Source: a virus
IMG/VR virus record: IMGVR_UViG_3300044946_000048
Span: 24,620 to 88,619 of that record
Reading direction: 5' to 3' (one strand)
DNA: 64,000 bases
Shown here: in pieces, positions 14,605 through 22,386 of the stretch
Numbering within the stretch: the stretch's first letter is position 1
Layout of the letters: every line of letters begins with the position of its first letter
Notes under the pieces: model-generated
Seen by the model: only the letters and a program-made list of their open reading frames with translations
What the model was told of the DNA's origin: nothing
The model's database searches: none
Position numbers and translations under genes: made by a program

Positions 14605-15351
14605 ATGAGTGATACAGCAAGAACGATTCTGTTAGACATTGAGACCGCGCCGAACTTAGGTTGGGTCTGGGGAAAATGGGAGCAAAACGTAATTGAGTTT
14701 GAGAAGAATTGGTATGTCCTCAGCTTCGCGTATAAAGTATTAGGTGAGAAGGATGTTCACGTTCACGCGCTTCCGGATTATCCGAGATATAAGAAAGACC
14801 GAGAGGACGATAGTCAGTTAGTGAAAAGCCTTTGGCACGTAATGGACAATGCAGACGTGATAGTGGCGCATAACGGGGATAATTTTGATATTAAGAAAAC
14901 TAATACGCGCTTTCTTACTCATCAGCTTCCTCCGCCGAGTCCTTACAAGACCGTCGATACGTTGAAGATTGCAAGGAAAGTATTTGCGTTCGATAGCAAC
15001 AAGCTAGATGAATTGTGCAAGTACCTGAGTATCGGTCGCAAGCTTCCGCATACAGGTTTCAAGCTATGGCACGATTGCATGCTAGGAGACCCTGAAGCTT
15101 GGGAGACCATGAAAGAGTACAATGCCCACGATATCGATTTACTTGAGGCCGTCTACGAGCGCATGAAGCCTTGGCATAATTTGCATCCTAATGTGAATGT
15201 AGGGGTAGCGATAACAGATGCATGCCCAAAGTGCGGATCACACAGCATTCAGAAGCGCGGTTTCAGCTACACGATGTTGAGCGCAAAACAGCGGTATCAA
15301 TGCCAGTCTTGTGAGGGCTGGTATGAAGGGTCAGCGCACAAAATCAGGTGA
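14605..15351 (+). CDS. RNase H-fold 3'-5' exonuclease with C-terminal zinc finger
   Basis: LLDIETAP, HNGDNFD and YNAHD exonuclease motifs; CPKC...CQSC. Confidence 0.85.
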   Translation: MSDTARTILLDIETAPNLGWVWGKWEQNVIEFEKNWYVLSFAYKVLGEKDVHVHALPDYPRYKKDREDDSQLVKSLWHVMDNADVIVAHNGDNFDIKKTNTRFLTHQLPPPSPYKTVDTLKIARKVFAFDSNKLDELCKYLSIGRKLPHTGFKLWHDCMLGDPEAWETMKEYNAHDIDLLEAVYERMKPWHNLHPNVNVGVAITDACPKCGSHSIQKRGFSYTMLSAKQRYQCQSCEGWYEGSAHKIR

Positions 15352-15355
15352 CGAT

Positions 15356-16033
15356 ATGCTATTACTCGGCCTGGGCCATCGAGCCCGACAGGGAAAAGAC
15401 CTGGCAGCAGAATCCATCAAGCACTACTACGACGCGAAGAACGCAGCCAGTTTGATGCACGTGCCCACGTGGAAGGGCTCAGTCCGAGTAGGTATATTCA
15501 AGTATGCGACAGCGCTGTACGCTGAAGTGAATGAAGCTATTAAGAATGGTATTTGGGAAACGCGAGCGGCGGTAGACCCAAAACTTGCAATCATACTTCC
15601 GGATTGGGTTCAACCAGAGCCAAACGCTGAGAAGAGCGAACTAGCACCGTATGGTAAGCATCCAAAGTTACTGCAATGGTGGGGCACGGAATATCGCAGG
15701 ACACACTTCGGCCAAGACTACTGGATTAAGAAACTATATGCAAGCATGCCGACAAACTTGCATATTGCAATCATTACGGACATGAGATTCCTGGATGAGG
15801 CCGCAGCAATCAAAGAACGAGGCGGCTACACGGTGAACGTGCAGAGGCTCAATCAGGACGGCACACAATGGTATTCAAGTGACCGCCCAAAGGATCACAG
15901 AAGTGAAACCGAGTTGGATGGATTCAACTACGATTTCTACATAAAAACTAAAGATCATCATGCGGCATTGACAGGCGAGCAAGCAGTCACGTTGGCCGAG
16001 TATCTTAAAGGACTCCATGAGCGCAAACAATAA
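15356..16033 (+). CDS. deoxynucleoside monophosphate kinase
   Basis: GLGHRARQGKD P-loop variant, LLQWWGTEYRR, ITDMRF..E, H.SE. Confidence 0.8.
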   Translation: MLLLGLGHRARQGKDLAAESIKHYYDAKNAASLMHVPTWKGSVRVGIFKYATALYAEVNEAIKNGIWETRAAVDPKLAIILPDWVQPEPNAEKSELAPYGKHPKLLQWWGTEYRRTHFGQDYWIKKLYASMPTNLHIAIITDMRFLDEAAAIKERGGYTVNVQRLNQDGTQWYSSDRPKDHRSETELDGFNYDFYIKTKDHHAALTGEQAVTLAEYLKGLHERKQ

Positions 16034-16583
16034 CGGCAAGGCATATATCATCACGTATACAGGCAAGCAATTCTTTCTGCTTCAAGCCCGCCCCGAGGAT
16101 ATTGATGTTGTGGACATTGCACACGCTCTAGCGATGCAATGCAGATGGACAGGACATAGTAGATTTCATTACAGCATTGCGCAGCATGCTTATTATTGCA
16201 GCTACATCGGACCAGAGAACGAAGCATTCGAGAGATTGAACCACGACGATTCAGAAGCCTACATGGGCGACATGAACCGTCCGTTGAAGCACTACACTGA
16301 GGCAGGCGTAGCATATAGGCACCAAGAAGCGAAGCTAGAGCGCACGATCAAGGAAGCGTTTGGAATTCAGCCTATCGAATCTAAATCCGTAAAAGAAGCA
16401 GATGAGATTATGCTGTATACGGAGAAGGCACAACTACTTCCGGCGGTGGAATTCGAGGGCAGCAATATCTACCCGCCGACGGAGCCTTCGCAGACGTTGG
16501 TGATAGAGAAGTGGACGCCCGAGCAAGCCGAAGGAAATTTTCTAAGAAGGTGGTACGAACTGTACCGAAAGAGGATAAACTAA
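16017..16583 (+). CDS. HD-domain 5'-deoxynucleotidase-like hydrolase
   Basis: DIAHAL...R..GH...YSIAQH...HD.SEAY.GD...PLK. Confidence 0.88.
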   Translation: MSANNNGKAYIITYTGKQFFLLQARPEDIDVVDIAHALAMQCRWTGHSRFHYSIAQHAYYCSYIGPENEAFERLNHDDSEAYMGDMNRPLKHYTEAGVAYRHQEAKLERTIKEAFGIQPIESKSVKEADEIMLYTEKAQLLPAVEFEGSNIYPPTEPSQTLVIEKWTPEQAEGNFLRRWYELYRKRIN

Positions 16584-16946
16584 ATGCCAATCATACAATC
16601 AGGATTTGTCACGATCTCATGTGATGGTCCCGAGGCAGAGTGTGGTAAGTCAGTAACGTTCGCAGCAACAGAGAACGACAAGAACGAAGCAGAGCGTAAC
16701 AACCCATGGTTGATGACGCTACGCAATGTCAACACAGCGGATAAGCGTAGCCTATGCTACTGTTCCGATGAATGTGAGATAAAGGCCGCTGGCCTGGGTG
16801 CGCACAACGCACGCACGATCCTCACAGCCACAGGACAGAGCCAGGTGAACCTAGCAGCATTAGCCGCAGCTAAGGCTAAGGCAGCGACAGCAGCACTCAA
16901 GGCTGGCGCAACGCCGGGACAAGTTGGCTTCCAGCCGATGAGCTAA
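16584..16946 (+). CDS. hypothetical protein
   Basis: Abuts both neighbours; Cys motifs. Confidence 0.65.
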   Translation: MPIIQSGFVTISCDGPEAECGKSVTFAATENDKNEAERNNPWLMTLRNVNTADKRSLCYCSDECEIKAAGLGAHNARTILTATGQSQVNLAALAAAKAKAATAALKAGATPGQVGFQPMS

Positions 16947-17254
16947 TGCTGTACAAGGGTCCATTCGGTGACTCACTAACGAGCGAGGAGTTTACTCGTG
17001 CGTGCGTGGCAGCTAAGGTTGAAGTCACCATTCAAGCATACCCGAATCCTGGAGATATCTACCACGCCTCTAGGATTCTAACGATCAAGAGTTTCAACAG
17101 CAAGACCATCCGCATCTATCAGAGGAACGCAAAGCACAGCGAGTATTTGCTGCCGCCTCGGATGGAACGAAAGATAATGCTACTCGCAATGGAAGAATTT
17201 CCAATATTCAAGGAAGAGCCAGAACAATGCCAAACTACTTCGTCAGGTTCATAG
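16946..17254 (+). CDS. hypothetical protein
   Basis: TAATG overlap with the upstream gene. Confidence 0.6.
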   Translation: MLYKGPFGDSLTSEEFTRACVAAKVEVTIQAYPNPGDIYHASRILTIKSFNSKTIRIYQRNAKHSEYLLPPRMERKIMLLAMEEFPIFKEEPEQCQTTSSGS

Positions 17255-17592
17255 CCCACATAGACGAGCGCAAGCGTCCTGAAGGTTTCCCACGCGAAAT
17301 ATATGTGGATGAGACTTACGAGAACGTTGAGGGCGCACAGCAGGTACGCCAGATGGCTAACCAAAGGTTCCTACAGTTAGCGATGTCGAACGGTCTCGTG
17401 TCATTGAAGAAACAAGAGACCATGGAGCAAGAACTAGTCACCTTCGACAAGCGTGTCTATGTGCCCTGGCACATGATAACGCACATGCACATGAAGGTGA
17501 CACAGCTTGTAGAAGTGTCGGATGTAAAGGCACCGGACCCGATAGCACCAGAGGATACTCCACCAGATAAGCCAACGGCACAGGTGAACTAG
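17227..17592 (+). CDS. hypothetical protein
   Basis: ORF within the operon. Confidence 0.65.
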   Translation: MPNYFVRFIAHIDERKRPEGFPREIYVDETYENVEGAQQVRQMANQRFLQLAMSNGLVSLKKQETMEQELVTFDKRVYVPWHMITHMHMKVTQLVEVSDVKAPDPIAPEDTPPDKPTAQVN

Positions 17593-18009
17593 GTGAAATG
17601 CAGAATCTGTAAAGGTAAACACAGACTAGCGCCTAACAGGAAAATCTGCGTTAAATGTTTAGCAGACAGATCAAGACGGTGGAGATACGAGAACCCAGAA
17701 AGACACAAACAGAGATTAAGACGGTGGAAGCTTAAAAATCCTTTAAAACTTCTGGAGTACGCAGTTAGGCACAATTATGATTTTTCGGAGAAAGAGATTC
17801 AAGAAATTCTTAAATGGAAATCAGGCAATTGTGCTGTCTGTGGTAAGTTTCTCAAAAGATTCGGTCAAGGATGGGATGATGCATGCATAGAGCACGATCA
17901 TTTAACAGGCAAATTTAGAGGAATATCGTGCGGTCGTTGTAACAGGGTTTTAGGAATGATTGAAGACAGTAAAAGACTTCTTAAAAAATTAATAAAATAT
18001 TTAAGTTGA
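17593..18009 (+). CDS. endonuclease VII-like homing endonuclease
   Basis: CAVCG...IEHDH.TGKFRG..C..CN..LG; AT-rich insert. Confidence 0.85.
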   Translation: MKCRICKGKHRLAPNRKICVKCLADRSRRWRYENPERHKQRLRRWKLKNPLKLLEYAVRHNYDFSEKEIQEILKWKSGNCAVCGKFLKRFGQGWDDACIEHDHLTGKFRGISCGRCNRVLGMIEDSKRLLKKLIKYLS

Positions 18010-18022
18010 AGGGAGAACTCAC

Positions 18023-18748
18023 ATTATACTTTTATCGTTAGATTTTGAGACGACAGGAACGGATAAGGCAAATGACCGTGTCATCGAATTCGGTGCGGTT
18101 CTTTATTCCACAGGACAGAACAAGTGCTTGGACAACCAGGGCTCGCTCGTACAAACGGACAAGCCTATCTCAGCGGAGATAACGGAAATAACCGGGATCA
18201 CTCAAAAGGCCGTGGATAGCTTCGGGTACGACGCCGACGACAGCTTGAACACAGTCATCCAATTGATGGATACCGCTGACCATATCATCGGCTACAACGT
18301 TCGACGCTTCGACAAGCCCGTGCTAGAGAATTGGGCAAAGCGTGCAGGCAGAGAACTTCCTAATAAGATTTGGATTGATTTGTTCGCAGACCTGCCGTGG
18401 CGTGTTACTCGTGGCAAGCTATCCCACGTTGCAGCCGATCATGGCATCATCAATTTGTTTCCACACTCGGCACTCGCAGACGCACAAACAGTGCTCGCCA
18501 TCTTGGGGAAGTACAGCCCTGAGTTAATCCTAGAACGTGCCAAGTCACCCGAGGTTGTGCTGCGTTCGCACCAAGAACGAGGCAACAACGACATAGTGAA
18601 GCAGGCACCATGGAAGTTCAGGTGGAATCCGCCTCGCAGTCTATGGTGGAAGCCAGTTAAGGCAGCAGATGTGGATGAAGTTGTAAAGAAGGCCCCGTTC
18701 CGAATCAGTATCGAAAAGGAACTAACGCCAGAGGAGCTAGATAACTAA
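18023..18748 (+). CDS. DnaQ-like 3'-5' exonuclease with likely ATT start
   Basis: The ExoI motif LDFETTG lies upstream of the annotated TTG; YN..FD and HSALAD follow; GGAG sits 8 nt before ATT at 18023. Confidence 0.85.
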   Translation: MILLSLDFETTGTDKANDRVIEFGAVLYSTGQNKCLDNQGSLVQTDKPISAEITEITGITQKAVDSFGYDADDSLNTVIQLMDTADHIIGYNVRRFDKPVLENWAKRAGRELPNKIWIDLFADLPWRVTRGKLSHVAADHGIINLFPHSALADAQTVLAILGKYSPELILERAKSPEVVLRSHQERGNNDIVKQAPWKFRWNPPRSLWWKPVKAADVDEVVKKAPFRISIEKELTPEELDN

Positions 18749-19149
18749 TGGGAGTCGGATTCAGAGCGGTACAAGACAGAGTTGTTGTCAAGCGTGTAGA
18801 TGATGAATACATGACAGACGGCGGTCTTTACATACCTGACTTGGCGAAGGAACGCCCGGCACAGGGGGTCGTGGTAGCCACGGGTCCAGGCAAGTATGAA
18901 TACGGCGTATTCCAGCCTGTAAACATTCAGCCCGGGGATCACGTGCTATTCGGAAAGTTCTCCGGCCAAGAAGTCAAGGTCGGAGTGGACGAGTTTTTGA
19001 TTCTGCGTGAGGAAGATGTGTTCTTGGTTCTCACGCCGAAGCAAATGAGTGAAGCAGCGCAAGCAGCATTAAAGCAACTAGATCAAGAAAAGGAAGAGGG
19101 GCCGCTAGTCATAGCATTTGCGACAGAGGAACCTACACAGGAGAGTTAA
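18748..19149 (+). CDS. groES: co-chaperonin GroES
   Basis: DRVVVKR...TDGGLYIPD.AKERP.QG.VVA.GPG...GDHVLFGKFSGQEVK...ILREED. Confidence 0.93.
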   Translation: MGVGFRAVQDRVVVKRVDDEYMTDGGLYIPDLAKERPAQGVVVATGPGKYEYGVFQPVNIQPGDHVLFGKFSGQEVKVGVDEFLILREEDVFLVLTPKQMSEAAQAALKQLDQEKEEGPLVIAFATEEPTQES

Positions 19150-19151
19150 AA

Positions 19152-19715
19152 ATGGCAATGATGGTCACAAACACCGCAAAAGTATTTGAGAAGCCGGAGT
19201 CAGGTATATTTCATGGCATACTCGCAGATATCGTAGAACTGAAAGACGTAAAAACCGTTTACAAGGGCGTCGAGAAGATTCAAGACTGCGTTAGGTTCAT
19301 TTGGGTCTTGGATAAGAACGGCAAGGATGGGAAGGCTCTCAGCGTAGCACAGCGTTACACGAAGGTGCTCCACGAGAATTCCAATCTATACAAGGCAGTC
19401 AAGCAGATTAAGGATTCCGCACCTCCGATTCCTTATGATATCGAACTGTTGCTCGGGACAGTTAAGAAGCTTGTCATCATTCGTGACACGAAAGAAGGCG
19501 GCAAGGATTACGCCAACATCAACGGCTATCTACCGCCGGACAAGGGCGTAGTTGTAACGATTCCAGCAGACTTTGTTCGCGCAAAGGATCGTCCAAAGCA
19601 GGGATCACAGGGAGTGCAACCAACGCAGCAAGCTGCCCCAGCGCAACAGCAAGCACAGCAAGCACAGCAGGCCGCACCGCAGCAAGAAATAGGGGACGAA
19701 GACATTCCGTTCTAA
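19152..19715 (+). CDS. single-stranded DNA-binding protein
   Basis: Gln/Ala-rich linker and acidic C-terminal DEDIPF tail. Confidence 0.75.
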   Translation: MAMMVTNTAKVFEKPESGIFHGILADIVELKDVKTVYKGVEKIQDCVRFIWVLDKNGKDGKALSVAQRYTKVLHENSNLYKAVKQIKDSAPPIPYDIELLLGTVKKLVIIRDTKEGGKDYANINGYLPPDKGVVVTIPADFVRAKDRPKQGSQGVQPTQQAAPAQQQAQQAQQAAPQQEIGDEDIPF

Positions 19716-19725
19716 TGCATCGAAT

Positions 19726-19763
19726 TGCAGGCTTTAGAGTCCTAATCGGCTTTAAAGCCTGCA
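19726..19763 (+). terminator. 16-bp intergenic hairpin
   Basis: TGCAGGCTTTAGAGTC/GGCTTTAAAGCCTGCA followed by TTTCT. Confidence 0.55.
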
Positions 19764-19787
19764 TTTCTAGGCTTTAATAGGAGACAT

Positions 19788-20135
19788 ATGGCACCGAAAC
19801 CGAAGTCAGACAATCTACTTCCGAGTCAGCATAAATTTCGCCCGGGCTCGAAGTTGACAGCAGCCGATCAGAATTTTATCGCAAGACAGGAACAAGCGCA
19901 GAAAGAAGCGGTAGCTATTTCCATTTCTGTGAACAATAGAATCATCGAGCCGTATACGACCAACATACGCAACATCACTAAGTACTTGACAGAAGAGAAT
20001 ATGAAAGCGTATGGTATATCATATGATCCTCGTGACCTAAGCAAAGGCACGTGGACGCCTATGATGATAGATTGGATCGCTACACTCGCAGCCCGCAAGG
20101 AAGCAGTTGAAGCAGTCAAGGCGTCGATCCATTAA
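19788..20135 (+). CDS. hypothetical protein
   Basis: AGGAG ribosome-binding site. Confidence 0.7.
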   Translation: MAPKPKSDNLLPSQHKFRPGSKLTAADQNFIARQEQAQKEAVAISISVNNRIIEPYTTNIRNITKYLTEENMKAYGISYDPRDLSKGTWTPMMIDWIATLAARKEAVEAVKASIH

Positions 20136-20146
20136 AGGATAGTCCA

Positions 20147-20926
20147 ATGGCAAGGAAAATTTTACATAAAAACAAAACAAGTACTCGTCGCGAAGCGGCG
20201 ATTCGCAACTACTATAAAGGTCTGAGAAATTCTTCGGGAACGGTGGAATCAGCGGCAACTCAGCTATGTAGACGATACGAAGGCCTTTCACAGAAACCCA
20301 CGCCGAAGCGCTCCAATGGATATAGTCGGGTAGTGAACGAAGCTTTTGCAGTTGTTAAGGCTTTAGAAAGCAGGAATCCACTACCAACGGTTTCAAGTCC
20401 ACGAAACACGGAAGCAAAAGAATTCCTTCGCGTTCGTGAAGCAATACGTTCTGCGACAGCGGACGCCATTGACAACTTGCCAACTATACTTGAGGACGAG
20501 CCCGAAGAGGTGGTTGATTCGTTTGACGACTCCGATGAGAGAATAAAAGAAATCTCCGAACACGTAGTTTCCGGGATCGCTCGCAACAATGTTTCAAGTG
20601 AAACAAGAAAACCACCGACTTTGCGGGAAGTGAAATTTCTCCACGAACCGGGTGACAAGTATGCTAGAAGTAAAGGGGCATGGGTAGAACCTGTAGACAG
20701 AGATGGTTTTCCAGACAGGCTATATTGGTTTAAGAAAACTCCACTAGGACATGTTGAATACAAGTACGGAAATAATAAACCGGACCCGCACCAGGCTGTG
20801 AAAATTCAAGAACTTCGTAATACCTTCGGTTATGACATGGCTCGTGTTTTCAACAACTTGAACGATTTCGAATCGTGGATTGATCGCCGCATTAAAGAAG
20901 TGCTTGACAATGTGTCTCAGAATTGA
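20147..20926 (+). CDS. hypothetical protein
   Basis: 259-aa ORF with AAGGA ribosome-binding site. Confidence 0.7.
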   Translation: MARKILHKNKTSTRREAAIRNYYKGLRNSSGTVESAATQLCRRYEGLSQKPTPKRSNGYSRVVNEAFAVVKALESRNPLPTVSSPRNTEAKEFLRVREAIRSATADAIDNLPTILEDEPEEVVDSFDDSDERIKEISEHVVSGIARNNVSSETRKPPTLREVKFLHEPGDKYARSKGAWVEPVDRDGFPDRLYWFKKTPLGHVEYKYGNNKPDPHQAVKIQELRNTFGYDMARVFNNLNDFESWIDRRIKEVLDNVSQN

Positions 20927-20932
20927 TATAAC
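20904..20932 (+). promoter_or_regulatory. sigma70-type promoter
   Basis: TTGACA-17 bp-TATAAC. Confidence 0.7.
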
Positions 20933-20952
20933 TGTAGCTAGGAGGAAACACC

Positions 20953-21348
20953 ATGCTTACAGATGTATCACTTGGGATGAGAGTCTCGCACCCAGATTTA
21001 CAAATCGGTAAAGTTGTGGAACTGAATGATTCGAAGATGGTAGTCCAATTCGGACGCCATGACGTTCAGTTCTCTAAGGACGAGCCGTCGCTATCGGTTG
21101 TAGAGAAGGGGCACTGCCACGCAGTTGCGGCATACGGCCTCGGCAGCAAAGGCGAAACAGTTCTCTCGGTTATGAAAGACGGTTTGTTTCGCTCGTTACA
21201 AGAAATATCTGAATTGTCCGAATACGAAAGCCTGACGGGATTGTCAGCTTGCATCCGGGCATTTAGAAAATCAGAAAACGGCGGGCACACCATTGACAAA
21301 AGAAAGAGAGAAGGATCAAACGAGTACGAGTACCGTCTCGTTGCCTAG
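20953..21348 (+). CDS. putative winged-helix DNA-binding protein
   Basis: M.DG.FRSL.EI...SA.IR.FRK...GGH.I.KR...YEYRL pattern; GGAGG ribosome-binding site. Confidence 0.6.
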   Translation: MLTDVSLGMRVSHPDLQIGKVVELNDSKMVVQFGRHDVQFSKDEPSLSVVEKGHCHAVAAYGLGSKGETVLSVMKDGLFRSLQEISELSEYESLTGLSACIRAFRKSENGGHTIDKRKREGSNEYEYRLVA

Positions 21349-22186
21349 CAGAGGAGAAATACATGAGTTGGCACTTTTCGCGGGCGCTGGCGGAGGAATA
21401 CTTGCGAGTGAACTCCTCGGGTGGAGAACTGTCTGCGCAGTTGAAATTGAGCCCTATCCAGTCGCTATTCTTGCACAAAGACAGAATGAAACAATTCTCT
21501 CGCCTTTCCCGATATGGGATGACATTCGGGATTTTAGAGGAGAGCCTTGGAGAGGAATTGTTAACTTGGTATCGGGGGGATTTCCTTGCCAAGCCTTCTC
21601 AACAGCAACGCACGGGAGATCAACAGCAGACGACCTCTGGCCTGAAATGTACCGCGTCGTGGAGCAAGTTAGACCCCAACTCGTTTTCGCCGAGAACGTA
21701 TCAATCAAAGCAATCTCAAAAGCAGCAGCAGACTGCCGTAAAAGCGGATATAGAACTATTACACTCGCCCTTTCTGCGGCGGACTTGGGCGCAGACCATA
21801 ACCGATCCCGATATTGGCTTCTTGCATACGCCGACGACAGCGGCGAATTACTTAGCTCCATCAATGTACAAACATCAGGGATGCAAGAATTATATCCGTG
21901 TGTTTGGTCAAAAAAGCCCCAGGGCTGGACAGCAGAATCTGTCAACGAAAGGCACGGACTCAACAGCACAAGACAGCGACAAACAAAACGAGGGTGCGAA
22001 GCGCTGGCCTTACGAAGCGAACGAGAGCCCGCGTCCGAATCCGATAGATCAAGAGTGGTTAATGGGGTGGCCTCCTGGATGGACAGATATAAAGCCATTG
22101 GAAATGGACAGGTACCAGCAGTGGCGACAGCAGCATTTCTCGCCTTGTGTCACTTCGCAGCAAAAGAACTTAAAAAAGGAGAATAA
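21293..22186 (+). CDS. DNA cytosine-C5 methyltransferase, large subunit
   Basis: LFAGAGG, GGFPCQ, AENV, H.R.R and AIGNGQ motifs. Confidence 0.9.
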   Translation: MTKEREKDQTSTSTVSLPSRGEIHELALFAGAGGGILASELLGWRTVCAVEIEPYPVAILAQRQNETILSPFPIWDDIRDFRGEPWRGIVNLVSGGFPCQAFSTATHGRSTADDLWPEMYRVVEQVRPQLVFAENVSIKAISKAAADCRKSGYRTITLALSAADLGADHNRSRYWLLAYADDSGELLSSINVQTSGMQELYPCVWSKKPQGWTAESVNERHGLNSTRQRQTKRGCEALALRSEREPASESDRSRVVNGVASWMDRYKAIGNGQVPAVATAAFLALCHFAAKELKKGE

Positions 22187-22370
22187 CATGACAGAGAGAA
22201 CTTGCGAAAAATGTGGTGTGCCCTATAAAAGAGATAAAGGATATAAGCACAGGGACGGAAAGTGCATTTCTCAAACCAGTGAGCCGCGAAAGAAAAATAA
22301 AGTAGATGAAGTGGTAAATCTTTTAACTACAGAACAATTGAGAGAATTGGTTAAGAAATCTTTGCAATAG
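21363..22370 (+). CDS. overlapping alternative-frame ORF, probable methyltransferase small subunit
   Basis: Long open +1 frame with GGAG ribosome-binding site; NP...EWLMGWP.GWT resembles motif IX; MTERTCEKCG at 22188 may be a separate in-frame gene. Confidence 0.7.
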   Translation: MSWHFSRALAEEYLRVNSSGGELSAQLKLSPIQSLFLHKDRMKQFSRLSRYGMTFGILEESLGEELLTWYRGDFLAKPSQQQRTGDQQQTTSGLKCTASWSKLDPNSFSPRTYQSKQSQKQQQTAVKADIELLHSPFLRRTWAQTITDPDIGFLHTPTTAANYLAPSMYKHQGCKNYIRVFGQKSPRAGQQNLSTKGTDSTAQDSDKQNEGAKRWPYEANESPRPNPIDQEWLMGWPPGWTDIKPLEMDRYQQWRQQHFSPCVTSQQKNLKKENNMTERTCEKCGVPYKRDKGYKHRDGKCISQTSEPRKKNKVDEVVNLLTTEQLRELVKKSLQ

Positions 22371-22386
22371 TTTTGCCGGAGTATCA

